Made by a program: the position numbers and the translations under genes
Shown here: positions 23,665 through 34,554 of the stretch, one piece after another
How the letters are laid out: the number at the start of each line of letters is the position of its first letter
Numbering within the stretch: position 1 is the stretch's first letter
Assembly (NCBI GenBank): GCA_002269645.1
Contig: NIVC01000135.1
Location: forward strand, 62,001 to 126,000
Direction of reading: 5' to 3'
Source: Macrostomum lignano
Lineage: Eukaryota
Length of the DNA: 64,000 nt
The notes under the pieces: generated by a model
The model's input: only the letters and a program-made list of their open reading frames with translations
Database searches by the model: none
Told to the model about the DNA's origin: nothing

Positions 23665-24263
23665 CTTTATCTAATTCAGTTTGAACTACTTACTGAATAA
23701 TTCTAGTGAGAATAACAGATGCTAAGAACAGAGCAGATGCGAAAGGGGAAGAATTCTATACCTGATGGGCTGTTAATATAATATAACCGACGAAATGCGA
23801 TATACACACTTTTGTGTCTATGGCCAATAGGCCTAGCTGGGACCGATTTTGTACAGGCCGCTGTGTTTAATTGTATGGATGCATCTAGAGCTAATTCAAT
23901 TTCGATTAATGCACTTTCAAAGCCCTTTGTGTTACTTCGTTTGATTGTCTATGGTAAAAGCGTTCATGCAAATCGGCTCCCATAAGCCCCGTATGTTGAG
24001 TTTACTCGCGCAGATTAGCTCCCATAAGCTTAATATGTCAAACATGCTCTCGCCGGTTGGCTCTTTTCTTTATTTAGATCAAAGTAGGCTAAAACATAGA
24101 GGTCAAAATAACAGTGTTAAAGAATAGGGAGTCAAAACAAAAGTGTTAAAACATTAGAGCGAAAACGAGACGAAAAATACTGTCTATAGCAATCAAGAGC
24201 CAATAGGGGAGAACGAGGGGAAAGGGATGTTATGATCGAGATAAAAATAACTGGTGGGCGTCA

Positions 24264-24525
24264 GCCAAAGTCGTCAGCCAAAGTCGTCAAGCTGCCAAAG
24301 TCGTCAGCCAAAGTCGTCAAGCTGCCAAAGTCGTCAGCCAAAGTCGTCAATCAATTCTCATTGGCTTGTCTATGTGCATAGGGGAATCTAGCCATGGCTG
24401 CGTGACTATTGAACGTATATTCTATGGTCTATGGACTAGGGAAATCCATACTCGCTGCGGAAATCCAAAGGTCGACTGACGACTTAGGCTGACGACTTTG
24501 GTTATAGGTTGACGACTTTGGCGGC
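24264..24525. repeat. Inverted clusters of GCCAAAGTCGTCA repeats around a ~120-bp core
   Basis: Tandem copies at 24264-24350 and reverse-complement copies (TGACGACTTTGG) at 24470-24525. Confidence 0.7.
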
Positions 24526-24569
24526 TTTAATTTTGTGTTTTTAAGGTGTTTTGATAAAATAATTATTTT

Positions 24570-25111
24570 TCACTACTAAGATTCGAACCCAGGTCGCTAC
24601 ATTAGCAGTCCAGTCTGTTCGCATCTAGACTATCTCTTTTCGATTGGAGAACATGAATTTTGGCCCTTATAATTCAATACTTACAGCAAGTCGTTTAGTG
24701 TAAAAAGGTATGACGTAATCAATTTCTCAGTCAGCCAGTATCCGTCTCAATTGAAGTTAGCAATATGGTTACGCAATTTTAATCAAGTCTTGTGCGCATT
24801 TCTTCCACACTGTTTTCAACTTGTTGTGATGTAATATTTATCAGAATCAAAATTCAGTCAGTCAGTTTTTTCTCTAGCATTCTTATAATGCAATTCAATT
24901 CGAAAATTTGGCTTGACCTTTGCAAAAAAGCATGTTTTTCGAATATTTAATCCCTTTAACATTGAGCAGTTTCTTAGCCAAGATGCATGTACCGTCCCAG
25001 GAAAATTTCTGATCAAATGGTGCAAGTTTGAAGAAAATCGGTTGAGCCAATTTTTCTGAAATCTATCGCATACCCACATACCCACAGACAACTCATTTTT
25101 AGTATATAGGA
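24570..25111 (-). mobile_element. 5' part of a minus-strand non-autonomous Helitron-like unit
   Basis: The minus strand reads CTAG|TCCTATATACTAAAAATG...AACCGATTTTCTTCAAACTTG, the same head as the units at 25706, 30309 and 34590. It includes the tRNA-like cassette at 24575-24635. Confidence 0.7.
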
Positions 25112-26242
25112 CTAGCCAATTCCAACCCCCGTTGGGGCTTTCCGTCCAAACTCCAACCACAGTTTTCCCCATCCACAAAATCCCCGATGCAAAGAATCTC
25201 ACATGCAAAGAATCCCCCATCCAAAGAACCCCCATCGATAGAATTATTGATCCGAAGAATTCCCCATTCAAGAAATCCTCCCATGTGAAGAATTCCCCAT
25301 CCAATGAATCCCTTACTCAAGAAATCCCCTGTCTACAGAAGCCCCTTATCCTAAGAATCCCCATCCAAAGAATCCTCCATCCATCCCTATCCAAAGAATC
25401 CCCCCATCCATCCCTATCAAAAAAATTTCCCCATCCATTCCTATCTAAAGAATCCCCCATCCATCCATATCCAATGAATCCCCCACCAAAGAATCCCCAT
25501 CCAAATAATTCACATTATAATCCACATCCACAGAATCCCATCCAAATAATCCATAGATCTCCCATCTAAATAATCCCCCATCAAAAAAAATTGGCCAAAT
25601 AATTCCCTCGTCAACAGAACCCCGTCTAAATAATCCCCATCCAAAGAATCGAAAGAATCTCCCATCCAAATAATCCCCCTATCAATAGAATTCATGGCCA
25701 AAGAATCTAATATACTAAAAATGAAATGCTTGGTTGCTTGCTTGTAATTGATTTTCTCCCGAACGGCTCAACCGATTTTCTTCAAACTTGCACCATTCGA
25801 TCAGAAATTTTCCCGGGACGGTACATGCATATTGGCTAAGAAATTGCTCAATGTTAAAGGGATTAAATATTCGAAAAACATGATTTTTTGCAAAGGTCAA
25901 GCAGCTCTTTCGACCTGAAATGCATTGTAAGAATGCTAGAGAAAAATCTGACTGGTTGAATTCTGATTCTGAAATAGATTGCATCACAATACACTTTATT
26001 TATCGTCTGTGTACTGGCTGAATTTGACACTCAATTGAATTGCGTCACAGCTTTGAGGGTGAAAGTATAGTGCAGTACTGAATTTATATTACGTAACCAT
26101 ATTGTTAACTTTCATAGACACTGGTACTGACTTGCCTAAGAAATTGATTATGTCATAACTGCTTCGCGTGACTTTTTACTCTACCTGACTTGGTGTGAGT
26201 GTTGAATTATATAAGTGGTACAAATTCACTGATAACTTCGAT

Positions 26243-26305
26243 GAGAGCTAGCCTAGAGCTGAGCAGACCAGACTGCTAATGCAGCGACCTGGGTTCGAAT
26301 CTAAG
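26243..26305 (+). other. tRNA-derived (Ser-GCT-like) degenerate cassette; copies at 24575(-), 27740, 30845, 32190 and 35105
   Basis: Contains GACTGCTAAT and the B-box GGTTCGAATC. The stems do not close, so this is not a functional tRNA. Confidence 0.5.
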
Positions 26306-26374
26306 TAGTTTAAAAGTAGTAGTGTAAAATTTTTTATTAAAAGCTTTTATTAAAGGACTAAATAAAAACACTTA

Positions 26375-27455
26375 GATTACTGCACTCGATAAGCTAAGGA
26401 TTATTGCTCTTGGCAAACCAAGGAATACTGCACTCGATAAGCCAAGGATTATTGCTCTTGGCAAACCAAGGATTACTGCACTCGATAAGCCATGGATTAT
26501 TGCTATTAATAAACCAAGGATTACTGCACTCGATAAGCCAAGGATTATTGCTATTAATAAACCATGAATTACTGCACTCGATAAGCCAAGGATTATTGCT
26601 ATTAATAAACCAAGGATTACTGCACTCATAAGCCATGGATTATTGCTATTAATAAACCAAGGATTACTGCACTCGATAAGCCAAGGATTATTGCTATTAA
26701 TAAACCAAGGATTACTGCACTCGATAAGCCAAGGACTATTGCTATTAATAAACCAAGGATTACTGCACTCAATAAACCAAGGACTATTGCTCTTGGCAAA
26801 CCAAGGATTACTGCACTCGATAAGCCAAGGACTATTGCTCTTGGCAAACCAAGGATTACTGCACTCGATAAGCCATGGATTATTGCTATTAATAAACCAA
26901 GGATTACTGCACTCGATAAGCCAAGGATTATTGCTATTAATAAACTAAGGATTACTGCACTCGATAAACCAAGGATTATTGCTATTAATAAACCAAGGAT
27001 TATGCACTTGGCAAACCAAGGATTACTGCAATCGATAAGCCAAGGATTATTGCTATTAATAAACCAAGCATTACTGCACTCAATAAATTACTGCACTCAA
27101 TAAACCAAGGACTATTGCTATTAATAAACCAAGGATTACTGCACTCAAAAAACCAAGGACTATTGCTCTTGGCAAACCAAGGATTACTGCACTCGATAAG
27201 CCAAGGATTATTGCTATTAATAAACCAAGGATTACTGCACTCGATAAGCCAAGGATTATTGCTATTAATAAACCAAGGATTAATGCACTCGATAAACCAA
27301 GGATTATTGCTATTAATAAACCAAGGATTACTGCACTCGATAAGCCAAGGATTATTGCTATTAATAAACCAAGGATTACTGCACTCAATAAACCAAGGAC
27401 TATTGCTCTTGGCAAACCAAGGATTACTGCACTCGATAAGCCAAGGATTACTGCG
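26375..27455 (+). repeat. Satellite A: 48-bp dimer of 24-bp monomers
   Basis: Unit ATAAACCAAGGATTACTGCACTCG + ATAAGCCAAGGATTATTGCTATTA. Confidence 0.95.
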
Positions 27456-27864
27456 CTTGATAAGCTTGGCTACATGTATAGGATTATTTCTATCCAGGGA
27501 TGCTTGCTATTTAGGGATTCTTGCTATGTGCAGGATGCTTGCTATCTGGAAGGATGCTTCTACATTATTTGGGGTATGCTTGCTATCTGCAAGATGCTTG
27601 CTATCTGCAAGATGCTTGCTATCTGCAGATGCTTGCTATCTGGGTGGATGCTTGCTAGGAGTATTAGGGGATGCTTGCTACTGGGGGATGCTTGCTGTCT
27701 TGGGAATATTTTCTATTTAGGGGTAATGACTAAAATTCATGAGAGCTAGCCTAGAGGTAAACAGACTAAACTGCTAAATGCAGGGACGATGGTTCGAATT
27801 TTTAGAGAGTAGAGTTTTTTTAATTAAAGCCTTTTAACGCCAAGACAAAAAAAATTATGGAAGC

Positions 27865-28745
27865 GTCATGTAAACAATCATACAAGCGTCATGTAAACAA
27901 TCATAGAAGCGTCATGTAAAAATCATAGAAGCGTCATGTAAAAATCATAGAAGCGTCATGTAAAAATCATAGAAGCGTAATGTAAACAATCATAGAAGCG
28001 TCATGTTAAAATCATAAAAGCGTCATGTAAACAATCATACAAGCGTCATGTAAACAATCATAGAAGCGTCATGTAAAAAAATCATAGAAGCGTCATGTTA
28101 AAATCATAAAAGCGTCATAAAAAATCATAGAAGCGTCATGCAAGCAATCATAGAAGCGTAATGTAAACAATCATAGAAGCGTCATGTTAAAATCATACAA
28201 GCGTCATGTAAACAATCATACAAGCGTCATGTAAACAATCATAGAAGCGTCATGTAAAAAAATCATAGAAGCGTCATGTTAAAATCATAGAAGCGTCATG
28301 TAAACAATCATAGAAGCGTCATGTAAAAATCATAGAAGCGTCATGTAAAAATCATAGAAGCGTCATGTAAACAATCATAAAAGCGTCATGTAAACAATCA
28401 TAGAAGCGTCATGTATACAATCATAGAAGCGTCATGTAAACAATCATAGAAGCGTCATGTATACAATCATAGAAGCGTCATGTAAACAATCATAGAAGCG
28501 TCATGTAAAAATCATAGAAGCGTCATGTAAAAATCATAGAAGCGTCATGTAAAAATCATAGAAGCGTCATGTAAAAAATCATAGAAGCGTCATGTAAAAA
28601 TCATAAAAGCGTCATGTAAAAAATCATAGAAGCGTCATGTAAACAATCATACAAGCGTCATGTAAACAATCATAGAAGCGTCATGTAAAAATCATACAAG
28701 CGTCATGTAAACAAGCATAGAAGCGTCATGAAAAAATTATAGAAG
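27865..28745 (+). repeat. Satellite B: 22-23-bp unit ATCATAGAAGCGTCATGTAAA(C)A
   Basis: About 38 tandem copies. Confidence 0.95.
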
Positions 28746-29695
28746 CCTCATATAAAAACTAATGAAAGTGTGTCATTTAAAAAATTAAGAAGCATCATGG
28801 AAGAATAAAAGAAGCGTAACGTAAAAATCAAAAGAAGCGTCATGTCAGACATGAAAGAAATGTCATATAAAAATTAAATGAAGCTATAGTACAGTGCTGT
28901 GCTGGGGAGAATTACTGAGACGTCAAGGCTCACAGAGAATAACTGAGATTACAGGGGGTTTCTGAGATGTTAAAGCAAAAGTCAGAAGCTACTTCAAAGT
29001 ACATGTACTTTACTTAAGTTTTTTATTGCATTCTTTGTTGGCTTGCCACGGTGGGGGGGGCGCTGATAGAAGAAGAGTCATGTAAAAATAAAAGGAGCAC
29101 TATGTATACATAAAATAAAAGTCATGTCAAAGTTAAAAGATTCATTTGGGAATTGCTACGATGTCAAAGCTTGGAGGGAATCGTTATAGTGCTGTGATTC
29201 TTAAAGAAGGAATCACTTAAATGCCAAGGCTTAGGGAAGAAGAATTGCTGTGATTTCAAGGCTTTAGGTTGGGTGAAAGTTAGGTTTACGTCAGGTTTGG
29301 GTTGAGGGTTAGATTTTAGCGCGTTTCAAGGTTAACAGGGGATTTTTTAGATTTCAAGGTTTATGGGGGCATCGCTGACATGTCAAGGCTTACGAGGGGA
29401 ATCTATCTATCTATCTATAGCTGAGATGTCAAGGCTCACGGGGGAATAAATGAGATGTCAAGGCTAATGTCAGAAGCTACATGTAGTTTATTGGAAAAAA
29501 GTTATTACATTATTTGTTGGCTCCTCACGGGAGGGATCGCTGATAGAAAAAGCGTAATGTAAAAAAAAAGAAGCTTCATGTCAAAGTTAAGAGATTCATT
29601 TGGGAATCCCTACGATGTCGAGGCTTGCAGGGAATCGCTATAATGCTGTAGTAGTGCTATAGACTCTTAGAGAGAATTACTGAAATTTCAATGCT

Positions 29696-29729
29696 TTAGG
29701 GTTAGGGTTAGGGTTAGGGTTAGGGTTAG
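29696..29729 (+). repeat. Interstitial telomeric repeat (TTAGGG)5
   Basis: Five perfect units plus TTAG. Confidence 0.95.
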
Positions 29730-30976
29730 AAAATAGACAGATTTTTTAAGATTTCAAGGCTTGTGGGAGCATTGCTCAGATGTCAAGGGGGGAGTTGATA
29801 TGTTAAGGCTTGTGGGGGGGATTGCTGACATGTCAAGGCTTACAAGGGTACTGGTAGCGTACTGAAGCATACTGGTATAAGTAGCTCTGAAAGAAGGCAA
29901 GTATGGTTGAATTTCAATGTCTGTTATAAAATTCTGCACAAACATGTTTTATTGGTACATAAGCCTGGAATTAAAATGAGAATTCGATTCCTAGCCCCCT
30001 CCCTAAGAATTTTTTTCATTTAAAAGGATTCGTCCTTGCTTATTGGCCACCCCGAAGGCCATTTTTTATCAAAAATGATAAAAATAATTTTTATCAAACA
30101 CGTTGACATATACAGGGCTCTAAACTAAAAACTGTAAAAAGTTGATAGTTTTGTTTTACCTAAAATGCGTTATTAACGATCTCCAAAAATTCCTATTTTA
30201 AGCTTAAGCTTAAGAAAAACACTTAAAGTACTCCTGCTAAAAGGTATATTATATTAGACGAATATTAATTATTTCTGCTCCCCGAAGGGGGGCAAAACTT
30301 TAGCTAGTTCCATATACTAAAAATGGTCTGTCGGTATATGTGTGTGTGATCGATTTTAGCAAAAATGGCTCAACCGATTTTGTTCAAACTTGCACCATTC
30401 GATCAGAAATTTTTCCGTGACGGTACATGCATATTGGCTAAGAAATTGCTCGATGCTAAAGGGATTAAATATTCGAAAAACATGCTTTTTTGCAAAGGTC
30501 AAGCAGCTATTTCGACTTGAAACGCACTGTAAAAATGCTAGAGAAAAAACTGACTGGTTGAATTCTGATTCTGAAATAGATTGCATCACAATACACTTTA
30601 TTTATCGTCTGTGTACTGGCTGAATTTGACACTCAATTGAATTGCGTCACAGCTTTGAGTGTGAAAATATAGTGCAGTACTGAATTTATATTACGTAACC
30701 ATATTGTTAGCTTTCATAGACACTGGTACTGACTTGCCTAAGAAATTGATTATGTCATAACTGCTTCGCGTGACTTTTTACTCTACCTGACTTGGTGTGA
30801 GTGTTGAATTATATAAGTGGTACAAATTCACTGATAACTTCGATGAGAGCTAGCCTAGAGCTGAGCAGACCAGACTGCTAATGCAGCGACCTGGGTTCGA
30901 ATCTAAGTAGTTTAAAAGTAGTAGTGTAAAATTTTTTATTAAAAGCTTTTATTAAAGGACTAAATAAAAACACTTA

Positions 30977-31880
30977 GATTACTGCACTCGATAAGCTAAG
31001 GATTATTGCTCTTGGCAAACCAAGGAATACTGCACTCGATAAGCCAAGGATTATTGCTCTTGGCAAACCAAGGATTACTGCACTCGATAAGCCATGGATT
31101 ATTGCTATTAATAAACCAAGGATTACTGCACTCGATAAGCCAAGGATTATTGCTATTAATAAACCAAGGATTACTGCACTCAATAAACCAAGGACTATTG
31201 CTATTAATAAACCAAGGATTACTGCACTCAATAAACCAAGGACTATTGCTCTTGGCAAACCAAGGATTACTGCACTCGATAAGCCAAGGACTATTGCTCT
31301 TGGCAAACCAAGGAATACTGCACTCGATAAGCCAAGGATTATTGCTATTAATAAACCAAGGATTACTGCACTCAATAAACCAAGGACTATTGCTATTAAT
31401 AAACCAAGGATTACTGCACTCAATAAACCAAGGACTATTGCTCTTGGCAAACCAAGGATTACTGCACTCGATAAGCCAAGGACTATTGCTCTTGGCAAAC
31501 CAAGGATTACTGCACTCGATAAGCCATGGATTATTGCTATTAATAAACCAAGGATTACTGCACTCGATAAGCCATGGATTATTGCTATTAATAAACCAAG
31601 GATTACTGCACTCAATAAACCAAGGATTATTGCTATTAATAAACCAAGGATTATGCACTTGGCAAACCAAGGATTACTGCACTCGATAAGCCAAGGATTA
31701 TTGCTATTAATAAACCAAGGATTACTGCACTCAATAAACCAAGGACTATTGCTCTTGGCAAACCAAGGATTACTGCACTCGATAAGCCATGGATTATTGC
31801 TATTAATAAACCAAGGATTACTTACTGCACTTGGCAAACCAAGAATTACTGCACTCGATAAGCCATGGATTATTGCGCTT
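30977..31880 (+). repeat. Satellite A array in unit 2
   Basis: Same 24/48-bp unit. Confidence 0.95.
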
Positions 31881-32314
31881 GATAAGCTTGGCTACATGTA
31901 TAGGATTATTTCTATCCAGGGATGCTTGCTATTTAGGGATTCTTGCTATGTGCAGGATGCTTGCTATCTGGAAGGATGCTTCTACATTATTTGGGGTATG
32001 CTTGCTATCTGCAAGATGCTTGCTATCTGCAAGATGCTTGCTATCTGCAGATGCTTGCTATCTGCAGATGCTTGCTATCTGCAGATGCTTGCTATCTGGG
32101 TGGATGCTTGGTAGGAGTATTAGGGGATGCTTGCTACTGGGGGGATGCTTGCTGTCTTGGGAATATTTTCTATTTAGGGGTAATGACTAAAATTCATGAG
32201 AGCTAGCCTAGAGGTAAACAGACTAAACTGCTAAATGCAGGGACGATGGTTCGAATTTTTAGAGAGTAGAGTTTTTTTAATTAAAGCTTTTTAACGCCAA
32301 GACAAAAAAAAATT

Positions 32315-33222
32315 ATGGAAGCGTCATGTAAACAATCATAGAAGCGTCATGTAAAAATCATAGAAGCGTCATGTAAAAATCATAGAAGCGTCATGTAAAA
32401 ATCATAGAAGTGTCATGTAAAAATCATAGAAGCGTCATGTAAACAATCATAGAAGCGTCATGTTAAAATCATAAAAGCGTCATGTAAACAATCATACAAG
32501 CGTCATGTAAACAATAATAGAAGCGTCATGTAAAAAAATCATAGAAGCGTCATGTTAAAATCATAAAAGCGTCATAAAAAAATCATAGAAGCGTCATGCA
32601 AACAATCATAGAAGCGTCATGTTAAAATCATACAAGCGTCATGTAAACAATCATACAAGCGTCATGTAAACAATCATAGAAGCGTCATGTAAAAAATCAT
32701 AGAATCGTCATGTTAAAATCATAAAAGCGTCATAAAAAATCATAGAAGCGTCATGTAAACAATCATACAAGCGTCATGTAAACAATCATAGAAGCGTCAT
32801 GTAAAAATCATAGAAGCGTCATGTAAAAATCATAGAAGCGTCATGTAAAAATCATAGAAGCGTCATGTAAACAATCATAGAAGCGTCATGTAAACAATCA
32901 TAGAAGCGTCATGTAAACAATCATAGAAGCGTCATGTAAAAATCATAGAAGCGTCATGTAAAAATCATAGAAGCGTCATGTAAAAATCATAGAAGCGTCA
33001 TGAAAAAATCATAGAAGCGTCATGTAAAAATCATAGAAGCGTCATGTAAAAATCATAGAAGCGTCATGTAAAAAATCATAGAAGCGTCATGTAAACAATC
33101 ATACAAGCGTCATGTAAACAATCATAGAAGCGTCATGTAAACAATCATACAAGCGTCATGTAAACAAGCATAGAAGCGTCATGTTAACATAGAAGCGTCA
33201 TGAAAAAATCATAGAAGCCTCA
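32315..33222 (+). repeat. Satellite B array in unit 2
   Basis: Same 22-23-bp unit. Confidence 0.95.
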
Positions 33223-34164
33223 TATAAAAACTAATGAAAGTGTGTCATTTAAAAAATTAAGAAGCATCATGGAAGAATTAAAGAAGCGTAACGTAAAAAT
33301 CAAAAGAAGCGTCATGTCAGACATGAAACAAGTGTCATAAAAATTAAATGAAGCTATAGTGCTGTGCTGGGGAGAATCACTGAGACGTCAAGGCTCACAG
33401 AGAATAACTGAGATTACAGGGGGGTTTCTGAGATGTTAAAGCAAAAGTCAGAAGCTACTTCAAAGTACATGTACTTTACTTAAGTTTTTTTATTGCATTC
33501 TTTGTTGGCTTGCCACGGTGGGGGGGGCGCTGATAGAAGAAGAGTCATGTAAAAATAAAAGGAGCACTATGTATACATAAAATAAAAGTCATGTCAAAGT
33601 TAAAAGATTCATTTGGGAATTGCTACGATGTCAAAGCTTGGAGGGAATCGTTATAGTGCTGTGATTCTTAAAGAAGGAATCACTTAAACGCCAAGGCTTA
33701 GGGAAGAAGAATTGCTGTGATTTCAAGGCTTTAGGTTGGGTGAAAGTTAGGTTTACGTCAGGTTTGGGTTGAGGGTTAGATTTTAGCGCGTTTCAAGGTT
33801 AACAGGGGATTTTTTAGATTTCAAGGTTTATGGGGGCATCGCTGACATGTCAAGGCTTACGAGGGGAATCTATCTATCTATCTATCTATAGCTGAGATGT
33901 CAAGGCTCACGGGGAATAAATGAGATGTCAAGGCTAATGTCAGAAGCTACATGTAGTTTATTGGAAAAAAGTTATTACATTATTTGTTGGCTCCTCACGG
34001 GAGGGATCGCTGATAGAAAAAGCGTAATGTAAAAAAAAGAAGCTTCATGTCGAAGTTAAGAGATTCATTTGGGAATCCCTACGATGTCGAGGCTTGCAGG
34101 GAATCGCTATAATGCTGTAGTAGTGCTATAGACTCTTAGAGAGAATTACTGAAATTTCAATGCT

Positions 34165-34204
34165 TTAGGGTTAGGGTTAGGGTTAGGGTTAGGGTTAGGG
34201 TTAG
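34165..34204 (+). repeat. Interstitial telomeric repeat (TTAGGG)6
   Basis: Six perfect units plus TTAG, at the position homologous to 29696. Confidence 0.95.
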
Positions 34205-34554
34205 AAAGTAGACAGATTTTTTAAGATTTCAAGGCTTATGGGAGCATCGCTGAGATGTCAAGGGGGGAGTTGATATGTTAAGGCTTGTGGGGGGGATTGC
34301 TGACATGTCAAGGCTTACAAGGGTACTGGTAGCGTACTGAAGCATACTGGTAGAAGTAGCTCTGAAAGAAGGCAAGTATGGTTGAATTTCAATGTCTGTT
34401 ATAAAATTCTGCACAAACATGTTTTATTGGTACATAAGCCTGGAATTAAAATGAGAATTCGATTCCTAGCCCCCCTCCCTAAGAATTTTTTTTCATTTTA
34501 AAGGATTCGTCCCTTGCTTATTGGCCACCCCGAAGGGGGGCGCTAGATTGCTAG

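Larger units (their letters stand above)
25706..30307 (+). mobile_element. Non-autonomous Helitron-like unit 1
   Basis: Starts A|TCTAATATACTAAAAATG. Ends with hairpin CCCCGAAGGGGGG then CTAG (30304-30307). No Rep/helicase ORF. Confidence 0.78.
30309..34554 (+). mobile_element. Non-autonomous Helitron-like unit 2
   Basis: Starts TCCATATACTAAAAATG and is colinear with unit 1. Ends GGCCACCCCGAAGGGGGGCGCTAGATTGCTAG. Confidence 0.78.

Noticed and set aside
26243-26305. Functional tRNA-Ser gene
   Set aside because: The acceptor and anticodon stems do not pair and the long variable arm is absent. Kept only as a tRNA-derived remnant.
29696-29729. True telomere or chromosome fusion point
   Set aside because: Only 5-6 units, no inverted CCCTAA block, and duplicated as internal cargo of a repeat unit.
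27865-33222. CRISPR-like appearance of the 22-23-bp arrays
   Set aside because: Pure tandem satellite with no spacers.
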